Positions 1 through 10,692 of a stretch of DNA of 59,258 bases are shown piece after piece. How positions within the stretch are numbered: position 1 is the first letter of the stretch; the number at the start of each line of letters is the position of its first letter. Below the pieces are notes generated by a model, which worked only from the letters and a program-made list of their open reading frames with translations, searched no databases and was not told the DNA's origin. The DNA is from a virus. Taxonomy: Duplodnaviria; Caudoviricetes. The DNA lies in the IMG/VR virus record IMGVR_UViG_3300033153_002543, positions 1 to 59,258 of that record. The stretch is one strand, 5' to 3'. A program made the position numbers and the translations under genes.

Positions 1-955
1 GGGTATTTTTTTGCTTAAATTTTATATTGGCATAATTCTTGCCGTAGCAAGAAACGTGCCAACTTTCTTCTCGGAAATTTTCGTGCCAACTCACAATATT
101 AGAATATTAGCATATTAGAATATTCTAATATGCGGGCGCCGATTTTATCATATCCAGAGGCACTTGTCAACTAGATTTTTTTAATAGGCACATAAGTTTT
201 ACTTATGGGGCGCCGAAAAACGCGCACACGCTACTCTAATTGTACCACATAGCGGCCTTCGCCGCAATAGGTTTATGCCCAAAAGTTTTTGATGACCCCA
301 TAGAAAAAACTTATATTAGGAAAAGCTTATATTGATTTTAGTTGAGAATGATTCTCATTCACGCGCTCTGCGCCTAAGTAGTAGAGTAACGACTTTTTTG
401 TGGTTGACGGTGGGCGCCAGTAGTAGAGTAACGATTATTTTTGGGTCGTGGTGATTTTTGAAAAACGAATCAGATTTTCAAATTCTGTGCGTTCGAGTAG
501 TAAATAAATCAAGTTTTATTATATCAAATGTCACGAAGATGACTATTAGATCAAATAAACAAATGGGAACGTAAAATAAATAGAGAACCAATCTTGGAAA
601 TCGGTGGTATGATGATAACAGTCAAATTATGAGTTTGTCGGAGGCGCCGATTGTACCATGCGCGACCTAATCTTGTCAAGTGTTATTTTTTGTGTGCTAA
701 AGCTTAACCCGAATAGCCACCTTCGTGGCAATAGGGTTTATTATGAGTTCGCAGCACAAACTCGCTAAATTAGTCTAATTTAGTACTAAATCGAGCAATC
801 CAGAGCAATTAGGAGCAAACGCGGGTAATACCGGTAAAGATGTCGCTACGGCGACTAACTGCTAAATTTTACGTGGTGGCCCAAGACAACCTGCTATTTC
901 TGACACCCTAGTTTGAAATTGGTGTAATTTTTTGACCCAAAACTTTAAATAATTG
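1..955. other. Non-coding left-end region with short direct repeats and leftward promoters (possible terminal-repeat / injection-stop-like region)
   Basis: No ORF of 60 aa or more; repeats AGTAGTAGAGTAACGA (about 377 and 419), CGTGCCAACT (55, 82) and ATATTAG runs (96-130); minus-strand sigma70-like promoters near 141-170 and 650-679. Confidence 0.5.
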
Positions 956-984
956 TTGACTTCGCAACGATAATTTGATATAAT
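956..984 (+). promoter_or_regulatory. sigma70-type strong promoter (TTCGCAAC family)
   Basis: TTGACT-17 nt-TATAAT; near-identical to copies at 7801, 13155, 22254 and 27432. Confidence 0.85.
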
Positions 985-1195
985 TCTTTTAGAAATTTGA
1001 AAAGATAAATAATTTTAAGGATAAAAAAATATGAGTGCATTTTTAGTAATTGTAGGAATTATAGCTATTTTTGGTGCTGGTAGGAAGCAGGCTGAAAATA
1101 TAGATAATATGTATATATTAGACCTTATTTTAGGTATCTTTTTTATTATTGCTGCTATTGGAAGAGCAGCTTCTTAACCAAACAAAAAATAAGTG

Positions 1196-1224
1196 TTGAC
1201 ATTCGAGGCTTATTAATCTATAAT
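1196..1224 (+). promoter_or_regulatory. sigma70-type promoter
   Basis: TTGACA-17-TATAAT upstream of the A2-like gene. Confidence 0.85.
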
Positions 1225-1283
1225 GTTTATATTGATTAGGGAAACCCTAACAAATTTAACATTCAAATAACTTGGAGAAATTT

Positions 1284-1634
1284 ATGACAGACGCAGTATA
1301 CACTAAAGACACAGTTGCATCAATGGTAGAAGCATACAAAGCAGTAGTTGCTGAAGCATATGATATTCGTACAGAAGTAGTAGCTGACTTAGCTAAGAAC
1401 TTAGGCAAATCAGTACCTTCGGTACGATCTATGCTTGTTCGTGAAGGTGTTTATGTACCTAAGGAGACTGTTAAGTCTTCAGCTACTAAATCTAAAGAAG
1501 AGTATGTAAAAGCTCTTGAAGCAATCTCTGGCGAAGCGTTGCCTTCATTCACTAAAGCTACTAAGAAAGACTTGGAAGCATTCTGGGGTTACATCGTGAA
1601 AGCAACGGATCGTCATGACGCAAACCAAGCCTAA
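1284..1634 (+). CDS. T5 A2-like pre-early DNA-binding protein
   Basis: LAKNLGKSVPSVRSMLVREGVYVPK resembles the T5 A2/D3/D5 motif; GGAG RBS before ATG 1284. Confidence 0.7.
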   Translation: MTDAVYTKDTVASMVEAYKAVVAEAYDIRTEVVADLAKNLGKSVPSVRSMLVREGVYVPKETVKSSATKSKEEYVKALEAISGEALPSFTKATKKDLEAFWGYIVKATDRHDANQA

Positions 1635-1878
1635 TAATGCGAGGTTAACTCCTCACATTATATATATTGAATACCCTGTGCGAGTTAAAGCACGGGGATT
1701 TCTTAAGCAACGCAACGGCGCAGATGTGCATGAAGTACGAAAAGAGCTAACTTATGTAACTGAGCAAGTACACAAAGTACTAACTCAACATCATTTAATT
1801 AATGCTGATGGTAAGTGGGTTCAAGAACCACAGTTGTGGCCTATTTTAATGCAAGGTATTACTGATGGTAGAACTTAA
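1615..1878 (+). CDS. hypothetical protein
   Basis: 87 aa ORF between two A2-like genes; stop lies within the first tandem repeat unit. Confidence 0.45.
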   Translation: MTQTKPNNARLTPHIIYIEYPVRVKARGFLKQRNGADVHEVRKELTYVTEQVHKVLTQHHLINADGKWVQEPQLWPILMQGITDGRT

Positions 1879-1975
1879 AAATCAAGTTCTACTGCCGATT
1901 TTAGCAATCAAGGTAGAACTTAAAAATCAAGTTCTACTGCCGATTTTAGCAATCAAGGTAGAACTTAAAAATCAA
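1867..1975. repeat. 45-bp tandem repeat (2.4 copies); each full unit contains a 9-10 bp hairpin
   Basis: GGTAGAACTTAAAAATCAAGTTCTACTGCCGATTTTAGCAATCAA at 1867 and 1912, partial copy at 1957. Confidence 0.95.
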
Positions 1976-1985
1976 AGGAGGACTA

Positions 1986-2306
1986 ATGGCAATTAAATAT
2001 ACAGCGGAACAAGAATCAGAGCTATATGATAAGTATAAAGAAGCTGTGGATTCTAGTCACCGTGAACAAATAGTGCTAGAGTTAGTTGAGAAGTGGGGTA
2101 AGCCTAAACGCAGCCTTATAGCGAAGCTATCGAAAATGGGAATCTATGTATCTAAAGTTAACCAAAGTAAGTTAACGGGTAAGAAACCTAAGACTAAAGA
2201 ACAATTGGTAACAGATATTGAAGCTCACTTCGATGAAGAAGTAGGCACGTATGCAGGGTTAGAGAAAGCCCCTAAGATGGTGTTGTTGAATTTGTTGGGA
2301 AAGTGA
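1986..2306 (+). CDS. A2-like DNA-binding protein paralog
   Basis: YTAEQE...WGKPKRSLIAKLSKMGIYVSK...LEKAPK parallels ORF 1284; AGGAGG RBS. Confidence 0.65.
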   Translation: MAIKYTAEQESELYDKYKEAVDSSHREQIVLELVEKWGKPKRSLIAKLSKMGIYVSKVNQSKLTGKKPKTKEQLVTDIEAHFDEEVGTYAGLEKAPKMVLLNLLGK

Positions 2307-2367
2307 AACATTTCCCAACGGCAGCATCTCTGATGCAATACTTACCAAATAGTAAAATAAAATTAAT

Positions 2368-2406
2368 AAAAAGCCCAATCAACTAAATATTGATTGGGCT
2401 TTTTTT
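2368..2406. terminator. bidirectional intrinsic terminator
   Basis: AAAAAGCCCAATCAA/TTGATTGGGCTTTTT hairpin with T and A tracts, between convergent genes. Confidence 0.85.
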
Positions 2407-2584
2407 ATTTAGGTTTTGTGTGGAACTTTAAACCTGTTGATACTATTGGTTCATAAGATACATCTGTATTACCTACCTCAGCATCTAAATCAATTATCAA
2501 ATCTAATAGTGTGTATTTCTTTAGTACTAATATCAGACACCTTATCAATATTAGACTCTAATTCTGCGAGTATATACTTATCTA

Positions 2585-3385
2585 TCATAATATACTCCAC
2601 AAATCTTCTAAATCAGACTTCTCTGCTTGTAGTGCATCCGGAACAAATGTAGTCTTACAAGAGTCTAGCGCATCGGGGACGTTGCCCCAATTGTATAAAT
2701 CTAACAACATAGCTTCAGTATCTCTTAAGCTAACATTACAAATCCATAACTGTAAAAATGCCATAACTGCATATTTAGTATATTTCTTCTTTTCTATACT
2801 ACCATCCCTAGATTTTACATCTAAACTGATGACGTTGCATCTATGAGCAGTTATCTTATCCATAGTACCTGATTTAGCTCCTGACTTATATGTTAAAGCT
2901 TCTTTTCTAAGAGCTACTATATTTGCTAAATCAGGTTTTCCATTAGTCTTAGCTACCTTAAAAGCATTAAATAATGTAGTACCTAAGAAAGCTGTTAAGT
3001 AAGGGTTAATTTCTTGACTCCATCTTTCATACCCTATATTATTATAGAGTTTATGTGCATACATGGCTAGTGGGGTATATATACCATACTGTGGGTGTTT
3101 AGTTTGTGTAGTTTTAGGCAAAAGTACGCTCCTGCGTATGATAGCCGTAAATCCTAGTAGTGCCTTGACTTGATCTCCTGGGATTGTACCATTAGGTGTT
3201 TTAATAATATCAGGTATATGTTGGTATGTAAGCTTTGGACATATCTTTCCAGACTCATTTTTTACTAGTGGGATAGCTGCAAGTATTGGTAATATGTGAG
3301 GTATGAATTCTTGATCAATCGGAGGTTTCCAATCGGGGTTAGTTTTAATGTTCTGTTTCCATTCAATATAGTTTGTTTTTAGCAT
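2585..3385 (-). CDS. hypothetical protein (probably a conserved T5-like protein)
   Basis: 266 aa ORF with GGAG RBS and a minus-strand promoter at 3441-3469. Confidence 0.7.
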   Translation of the reverse strand: MLKTNYIEWKQNIKTNPDWKPPIDQEFIPHILPILAAIPLVKNESGKICPKLTYQHIPDIIKTPNGTIPGDQVKALLGFTAIIRRSVLLPKTTQTKHPQYGIYTPLAMYAHKLYNNIGYERWSQEINPYLTAFLGTTLFNAFKVAKTNGKPDLANIVALRKEALTYKSGAKSGTMDKITAHRCNVISLDVKSRDGSIEKKKYTKYAVMAFLQLWICNVSLRDTEAMLLDLYNWGNVPDALDSCKTTFVPDALQAEKSDLEDLWSIL

Positions 3386-3440
3386 TTTTAGTTCTCCTTT
3401 GGTTTATTAACTACTTAGGATTAGTAGTATTGATTTTATA

Positions 3441-3469
3441 ATTATAGCAAAATTAAGTACAGATGTAAA
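3441..3469 (-). promoter_or_regulatory. sigma70-type promoter
   Basis: TTTACA-17-TATAAT on the minus strand. Confidence 0.7.
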
Positions 3470-3582
3470 GATTTATTATTTAGAAGGTTACGAAAAATGG
3501 GAGGGTTTAATATACACAAAATTTTCAGTAAGTTTAGTACATATTAAAATTTATAAGACCCCGTGCATTTTGATATAACCTG

Positions 3583-3727
3583 CTAGTTTGTGTTAGTTTA
3601 GAAAAGATTGCCGTGTCGTAGGAGAAATTTATAGAACCTGTGGGTTTGTCGTTATGCCACTCGACCACAGATTTGTAATTTCAACCTACTAGACAATTTT
3701 TTCAACAACACATTCTGTATCTACTAG
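3583..3727 (+). ncRNA. candidate rod-shaped structured RNA
   Basis: Long interrupted hairpin (TGTGTT/AACACA, GAAAAGATTG/CAATTTTTTC, GTAGG/CCTAC, GAAATT/AATTTC, CTGTGG/CCACAG); G-U pairs favour the + strand. Confidence 0.4.
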
Positions 3728-3739
3728 ATTATATATATT

Positions 3740-3768
3740 ATTATACACTATTTTTTTCTAGATGTCAA
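3740..3768 (-). promoter_or_regulatory. sigma70-type promoter
   Basis: TTGACA-17-TATAAT on the minus strand. Confidence 0.8.
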
Positions 3769-3943
3769 GACCAACTCATTACTTTTAGGGTCAATGAAAT
3801 GTCTTTATTCTAGTAACTTTATTGTGATAGCATGGAAATTTAATTGTTTAGTTCGCGAATTTCTTACATTTATTTTTAGTTTGGTTGTCTTATTTATTTA
3901 GCTAATTTCCTGAGCAAATGCAATAACAATTATTTTTTAGTTG

Positions 3944-3972
3944 TTGACAATGATGGTTAAATCGCGTATAAT
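3944..3972 (+). promoter_or_regulatory. sigma70-type promoter
   Basis: TTGACA-17-TATAAT. Confidence 0.85.
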
Positions 3973-3996
3973 ATGTTTATTGAATAGGAGAACTGT

Positions 3997-6064
3997 ATGT
4001 TGAATTTAAGACGAGCTGTAGATAAAGTAGCAAGTGCATTTGCATTGAAAGTTGTTGTATCTTTTAAAGATGGTAATGATGATCCTTACTCTGTTGTAAA
4101 TATCCGAGAAGCTGCTGAAATATTAAGTATTGTTTATGGTATTAATATTGACGCGATTTATACCGAGTTAGCACATACTGTTGAATTTTTAGTTAATAAG
4201 GAATTAGCAGATGGATTATAAAGTTATTATGATTGACTCTACTGTTTTTAATGGTTCTTATGGAGAATGTAAGAACTATATTGTTACTAAGTTCTCTCCT
4301 GCTGAAGTAGATTCGCTAGGTGATTATTTAGATATTATTAATTGTGAATCAGGACGCTGCGCGTCCTATGTGCTGGAGTGGAAATGATGGGAATATTGGA
4401 ATATGCATTTATACTAGCTGCGATTGGTTGGGGTGTTAGCTTTAACCATATGTTAAAGACTAGTAAGAAATCACATTACTATTTTTATAGTATTATCTTA
4501 TTCATTATTTACTTAGTTAAGACAGGTGTGATATGATATATAATAAATTTGTTAGACGATTAGAACGCATTGGGGTGAACGTAGCGCTTCGCGCTAATTA
4601 CCCTTGGATTTACTTAGACACAGTTAACGGTAGTAAAGTAACGGGTGAATTTATGGCAGAACATGGATTTACTGCATTCTTTTCTTCTATAGATGGTATT
4701 AGATTCTCAAACAGACGTGCAGTATTTGCTAAGATTAGACAGATGCTAGCCTTCGAACAGTATGTGATCTTATCACAGGAGATAAGTAATGATTGATTTA
4801 ATCAAAGAATTGAATAACGAACTAGAAAAGTTTAAGAAAGAGTTTTACTACTACATCACAGATACTAATATACCATTAGATGAACGATGGAAAGCATTTT
4901 GTGAAGCTCCTATTAGTATTAAGAACACTAAAGGATGGATTGAAGATTTCAATTCTATTAATATTGACTGGTTTCATGATTATCATTATGATAGATACAC
5001 TACTATAGTTTTATCTAATGTTATTGATAGTATGCTAGAAGCTGAAGAACCTAATCTAGAGCTTATTAAAGTGTTTCAAGAAGAAATCTTAACTAAAAAC
5101 TTACACTCATTTGTAATGGATTGGTAATTTATGAAAGACTTAGCATACTTAATAACTTGTTTGATCTGGGTAGCTGGATTTGTAATAGCTAAAGGCTTTT
5201 GGAGTACTGTATTCTGTATAGTACCATTCTGGTCTTTTTATGTAGTAATTGAATTTGTATTAGGATTTTTATTATAAATGATTAAAAGAAAGAAATTCCT
5301 CTCTAGGTATAATCCTAGTTGTGAGGAATACCGAAAGAAAATGGAAGTATATGCTAATAAAGTAAGATTATTATTATATAATCGCAAATTAGATATACTT
5401 AGTGGTAAAACAATTGTGAGGGAGTTTTAAATGACACAATTAGAAGAAGGTGATAAGATATTTCATGTATATGCTTTTCCAAATGAGGGCGCATATATAA
5501 CAGAATACACATTCGTGGCCTACGCCACAATGCAGGGTATTAATGTACCTAGTATTATAACTAAAGAGCGCGGTGAAATCTCACAGAGAGATTGTAATAT
5601 TATCCCAAATACCTACAATTGCCACAGATTGTTTGCTTCTATAGAAGAAGCAGATGCATATTTAGGCGATTCGTCGCAATGGCGACCATTGGGCGTTAGT
5701 GCTGAGGAATGGGAAGAATCCGGCCTAGAAGATTACTTAGAAGATCACTTAGAACGTAGAAACTTCTGGCGTGGTTTTGATTATGAAGTTTAAAATTGGT
5801 GACAGAGCTAGAGTCAAGTATATTAGAAATGGTGGTAGTACTAGATGGTATGTTGGAGTTATAGTAACTATTGTAAATGCTACCCCTATCATAGACGAAG
5901 CTGATTGTACTGTTATAACAGAATCAGGACTAAGAGCATATCCTATATTTGACCAACTAGAACCTATTATTAAGTTAAGGGGAAGTTGGAAAATGATTGA
6001 ATTATATACAGGTTGGAATCCTTCTAAGGAGAAGTTAAATGAACAAACAAAATCAATTAAGTAA
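3997..6064 (+). other. cluster of small early hypothetical ORFs (3997, 4533, 4789, 5431, 5771 and shorter)
   Basis: Tightly packed co-oriented ORFs with RBSs; no family recognised. Confidence 0.6.
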
Positions 6065-6506
6065 AGCTATTCTCATTGCTGCTCAAGCACATGATGGACA
6101 ATATGATAAAAGGGGTAAGCCTTACATCTTACATCCATTACATTTAATGAGTCAGTTGATGTTTGATATTCAATTGGCTACCATTGCAGTACTTCATGAC
6201 GTGGTTGAAGATAGTGAAGTTACTATAACAGATTTGTATGGATATGGATTTAGTTATAGAGTACTTTATGCTGTAGAATTACTAACTCATACATCAAATG
6301 AATCATATAAGGAATATATTGAAAAGATTGCAGGTAACTATGATGCAATTCGTGTGAAGCGTAAGGACTTAGAACATAACTCAGATATCACTCGACTTAA
6401 GGGTGTCACTGATAAAGACTTAAAGCGAATGGAAAAATATCATAAAGCATTTACTGATCTAGGTAAAGCTAAACTTGATTTTGAAAGAAATAATATGAAT
6501 AGCTAA
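6039..6506 (+). CDS. HD-domain phosphohydrolase (RelA/SpoT hydrolase-like, small alarmone hydrolase type)
   Basis: AHDGQYDKRGKPYILHPL...AVLHDVVED...LTH...VKRKDLEHN motifs. Confidence 0.85.
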   Translation: MNKQNQLSKAILIAAQAHDGQYDKRGKPYILHPLHLMSQLMFDIQLATIAVLHDVVEDSEVTITDLYGYGFSYRVLYAVELLTHTSNESYKEYIEKIAGNYDAIRVKRKDLEHNSDITRLKGVTDKDLKRMEKYHKAFTDLGKAKLDFERNNMNS

Positions 6507-7058
6507 GGAGAAGTTAAATGAAAGATGATTTCAGTAACGCAGAGTGTGGTGCACTACTAGAGACCTATCTTGTAAGTTATGTTGAAGGTATAGAAAAAGA
6601 AAACGCTTTATTGCGTGAAGTTGTTGAGGCCGCTAAATTGATAGTTGAATATAAGCCAGACAGGACAATAAAATTACCAACTGAGTTTTTATCGTTGGTT
6701 TTTAGGCTGTCATGTAAAATAGATAAGGTGAATAAATGGGATTAATGCACACGCTACTAAAAAAAGAACCGTCCGAGGTGCTTCGGCATTACAAAGCCCT
6801 CGAATCCAAGCTATCCGAGGCTGAGAAAGAAATTGCCGAGCTGCACACTGTTCTTGACGCTAATCAAATACAAGAGTGTGATGAGATACGAGAAGCTAAT
6901 GTCACCATTAAAACTTTAGCATTAACGTTGAAGGAGGCTGCTGATGATATGGATAGCTGGGGCACTCATGTTCCTGAGTATTTTGCAGAAAAACATGGGT
7001 TAAAAGAAGACTTAAATAAATACCGCAATCTCGCACAACAATATTTAAAGGAGGGTGA

Positions 7059-7268
7059 GTGATGGGATGGATAAGTGTTGACGATAGGCTGCCAAAAGAC
7101 ATGAGCCTTGGCTGTATTGTTTATTACGAAAACGATTGTGCTGATATGGTGAGTACCGCTGACGTTTTTTTAAGTTCCGACGGGTTTTGTATTATGCATA
7201 AAGGGGAATGGAAGCCTATTGTTGGCGTAACCCATTGGATGAAGTTACCTGAACCACCAACTAAATAA
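7059..7268 (+). CDS. DUF551-family phage protein
   Basis: GWISVDDRLP...VTHWMKLPEPP signature. Confidence 0.85.
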   Translation: MMGWISVDDRLPKDMSLGCIVYYENDCADMVSTADVFLSSDGFCIMHKGEWKPIVGVTHWMKLPEPPTK

Positions 7269-7800
7269 CTACAGGACAATAACTATTAGGAGTGAGCAGA
7301 TATGGCTGGAAATGACAACGATTGGTGGAGTAGTTATTACGACTTCAAAGCAGGAAAGACTAAAAATAACACCAATAACACCACATTAGAATAGGGGTAA
7401 GAGAATGATTATTTGTAGCAACTGTAAAAAAGATTACGGCACTTATACATACTTTAAGTGCGGTTATTTTATCAATTCTTTTGGTCAAATTCAAACATAT
7501 CAAGTTGAAATGTATAAATGCGTTTGCCCATATTGCAATCATGCCGACACAGATAAGCCCGTAAATGACTGAATACATATCATCACTCTATTGGAGCGAC
7601 TACAAATACATAGTGACTATATTTGTGTGTTTTTATGTGGGGTACTTTGTGGGATATGCAAAAAGAGGGGAGAAGGAATGAAATTATTAATCGGTTTAAT
7701 ATGGCTTATTGCTCTACCTGTTAGCGCAAGTGAGATAAGCGTAGAGTTTACTCAATACCACAGATCAACTAATGAGGATTTCCAAAACAAAAAATAGTAG

Positions 7801-7829
7801 TTGACTTCGCAACTATAATTTGATATAAT
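7801..7829 (+). promoter_or_regulatory. sigma70-type strong promoter (TTCGCAAC family)
   Basis: TTGACTTCGCAACTATAATTTGATATAAT. Confidence 0.85.
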
Positions 7830-7839
7830 ATATTTCAAA

Positions 7840-8175
7840 TTGGAGAATATTATGAATACACCAGACAACTGGATAATTTTAAAGATTAAAGAAGATACTG
7901 GATACTTCTACAAGATATTATGTGGATGGTCGGGCGGATATTTAGATGGTGATAGCTGGAAAATGAATTCAGGTATTAAAGATATTATTACTACTGAGCA
8001 TTACTATGATTTTATTGGTGAAAGTGGTTCAGTATACCGTTGCCACAAGGGTGGAGAACGTATTTCAGGTGCTTTCGCACATGTTTTAGGTAATTTAACA
8101 GATAAGCATCCTGATGTAGTTACTCATATATCATTAGACCAACTCATGAAGGAATTTGGCAATGAAGAAGTTTAG
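7840..8175 (+). CDS. conserved phage hypothetical protein
   Basis: PDNW...GWSGGYLDGDSWKMNSGI...GESGSVYRC motif, recalled from other lytic phages. Confidence 0.7.
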   Translation: MENIMNTPDNWIILKIKEDTGYFYKILCGWSGGYLDGDSWKMNSGIKDIITTEHYYDFIGESGSVYRCHKGGERISGAFAHVLGNLTDKHPDVVTHISLDQLMKEFGNEEV

Positions 8176-8315
8176 TATAACACAAGAAGAATTAGATACA
8201 TTAGAGGCCATTCGCCTCAAATTGTATGATATGTTCGCAGACTGTGGAAATGTATCTGACATTATCAAAGTAGGGGCAGTTTCAGAACCATTATGGAAAA
8301 TTATTAATAAGAAGC

Positions 8316-8618
8316 GTGAGGAAGTTTATGAAGATTAAACAAGTAGCCATCTTCGTGGCAATATTTCTATTAGTAGCCGCTAGTATTAAATCGTGTGATG
8401 CCGAGGAAGGCCTACATGCTTATTTAGGTATGGCATACCACGATGAAAAGCTAGATACATTTAAGCAAGAGAATAGTACTATATCTACTTTAATTGGTGA
8501 AGCTGAATTAGAATATGAGTTTAGTAATGGTACTAAGATATTTTTTCGACATAATAGTAGTATGCAACAAAACGATACTGGTCTTAATATGATAGGGATA
8601 AAAGCGAGGTTATTCTAA
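8316..8618 (+). CDS. putative exported / small outer-membrane beta-strand protein
   Basis: Signal-like N-terminus, alternating beta pattern, C-terminal Phe (IGIKARLF). Confidence 0.45.
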   Translation: MRKFMKIKQVAIFVAIFLLVAASIKSCDAEEGLHAYLGMAYHDEKLDTFKQENSTISTLIGEAELEYEFSNGTKIFFRHNSSMQQNDTGLNMIGIKARLF

Positions 8619-9241
8619 ATGCACAAAGATATCAGAGATTTTTTAGATACCATTGAAGATCCTGATAGACGATTACGCCTCGAACAATTACAATTTAGAA
8701 TTGAAGGACAATTAAGAAATTACAAAGACCCAGTAGCTAGAATGAATAAAATGGTAGAAATATTTTGGGAAGGTGTTAAAGAATTCCAAGATGTATTAAA
8801 TGGAGTAAAGAAATGAAATATATAGAAATTAAAGCTATGCCAGCAGGTTTAAATGATAATAATAAGTTTATAGGTGATACCTATCCAGATATTGGTTTAT
8901 ACGCGGGTAATCTAGCAGACGAATTTATGGTAGTATATATTATGAATGGATTAACACTAGTTGCATCCGTATTTAACCTTACTAACTTAATTAGTAATCA
9001 TGAAACCCCTAGTATTACTGATACTGCTGCTGATAATACTTTAATGCTAAAAGCTATCGCAGTATCGTTAAAACCAGAATTAGCTTTCAAGTGAAAATCA
9101 TAGTACCTATAAGCAGGCTAAAAAGAGAATTAAATAAATGGATTAGATTTGTTAATACTGACATATCTAATGTAGTGTATATTACAAGAAATGGGGTGTA
9201 TGCAGGAGTACTGATATCACCTGAACGTATGGAGAACTTAA

Positions 9242-9781
9242 GTGGGTAGTAGAGTATTTATCACAAGCGACTTACACTTTGACCATCATAGTATTGTTGA
9301 TTGGCGTAAGCAGATTCATAGTGTAGACTTCATTAGTACACAACACATGAATGAATGGATTGTTGAAACACACAACGAAATCGTGCGTCCGAAAGATATC
9401 CTATGGATTCTAGGTGATGTTAGTTGGTCTGTGGATGGATTAAAATATTTAGCACAGATGAATGGTCATAAACGCTTAGTACTAGGTAACCATGATACAG
9501 AAGGCAGGGGCTTAAGTATTGAAGCTTTCCAACCTTATTTTGAAGAAATTCATGGATTGACTAAGAAGTATAAATGTGTACTTTCTCACGCCCCTATTCA
9601 CCCAGCTGAGCTTGAGTATAGAAGTTGGCGTGCAAACATTCATGGACACGTACATCATAAAGAAAGATGTGTTAAAGACCCTAGATATATCAATGTAAAT
9701 ATTGATGTTACTAGAGGATACCCAACTTCATTAGATGAAATACGTGGAGAATTAGGTTCAGATATATTAAATAGTGATTAG
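9242..9781 (+). CDS. calcineurin-like metallophosphoesterase
   Basis: SDLH, LGD, GNHD, SH and HGHVH motifs. Confidence 0.9.
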   Translation: MGSRVFITSDLHFDHHSIVDWRKQIHSVDFISTQHMNEWIVETHNEIVRPKDILWILGDVSWSVDGLKYLAQMNGHKRLVLGNHDTEGRGLSIEAFQPYFEEIHGLTKKYKCVLSHAPIHPAELEYRSWRANIHGHVHHKERCVKDPRYINVNIDVTRGYPTSLDEIRGELGSDILNSD

Positions 9782-9802
9782 TAGCAAAGTCAAAAATATA
9801 TA

Positions 9803-9831
9803 TTGACTTTGCTAACTGCGCGTGTTATAAT
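9803..9831 (+). promoter_or_regulatory. sigma70-type promoter
   Basis: TTGACT-17-TATAAT. Confidence 0.8.
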
Positions 9832-10190
9832 ATGTTTTCAAAATCGGAGAAAAGACATGAGTAATGTAGTTATTAAAGTAGATACAGGGTTTGCTGGTGC
9901 TATTCACACTTATAAAACTAATATCACCCCTGAGGAATGGGATGTATTAACAAATGATGAGAAATTGGGTTGGCTAGTAGAAGCAACAGATAATTTCGTT
10001 GAAGTATACGCTGAAACAGAAGATGGAGAGTTACTGTAATGCGTGTAATTGAATTAATAGAAACAGTAATTATCGTGGGATTGATAATGTTATTCTTAGG
10101 TCTTAAGATTCCTATGGTTAACGCACTAGGTGAATGTGAAGAAAAACTTCCTCGAAACCAACACTGTGAATTAGTAGCAGTACCAATTAA

Positions 10191-10541
10191 ATGGATACCA
10201 AAATGATAACAAAATATTTAGGAAAGATAGATAGTATTAATTTTGGCCTTGGTGGATATCAAGAGTCAATGCTTGGGTTACATATATGTTTTAGTTTTGA
10301 CAAGTGTAGTTTTATTTGTACATCAAATAGCTATTGGGATACCACTATTGAATGTGGAGAACGCGCTAAATGGAAAGAGTCTGATAGATTCAATAAGTAT
10401 GCTTCTATTATATATAAGGTATCAGAGTTATTAAAGCAAGCGAAAGTAAGAGATATTAGTAAACTTAAAAATATTCCAGTAGAAATTAAAATGGATGGTA
10501 ATTCACTACACAGCTGGCGTATACTAGAGGAAGTGTTATGA
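10191..10541 (+). CDS. conserved phage hypothetical protein
   Basis: FGLGGYQ...LLKQAKV...LKNIPVE...SWRILEEVL pattern. Confidence 0.6.
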   Translation: MDTKMITKYLGKIDSINFGLGGYQESMLGLHICFSFDKCSFICTSNSYWDTTIECGERAKWKESDRFNKYASIIYKVSELLKQAKVRDISKLKNIPVEIKMDGNSLHSWRILEEVL

Positions 10542-10692
10542 CAGTATTCTATGTAGTAATAACATTATTAGGAATATTCTTAGCGTTTATAGATTATAAA
10601 AACTACTCACGCACTAAACAAAGTAGATACTTATTTATGGCATCATTAATGATAATCTGTAGTGCTATTAATGGTATAGTGGCATATACCTT

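Noticed and set aside
1867-1975. CRISPR mini-array
   Set aside because: The segments between the hairpins are identical and only 18 nt, so there are no unique spacers, and no cas genes are present.
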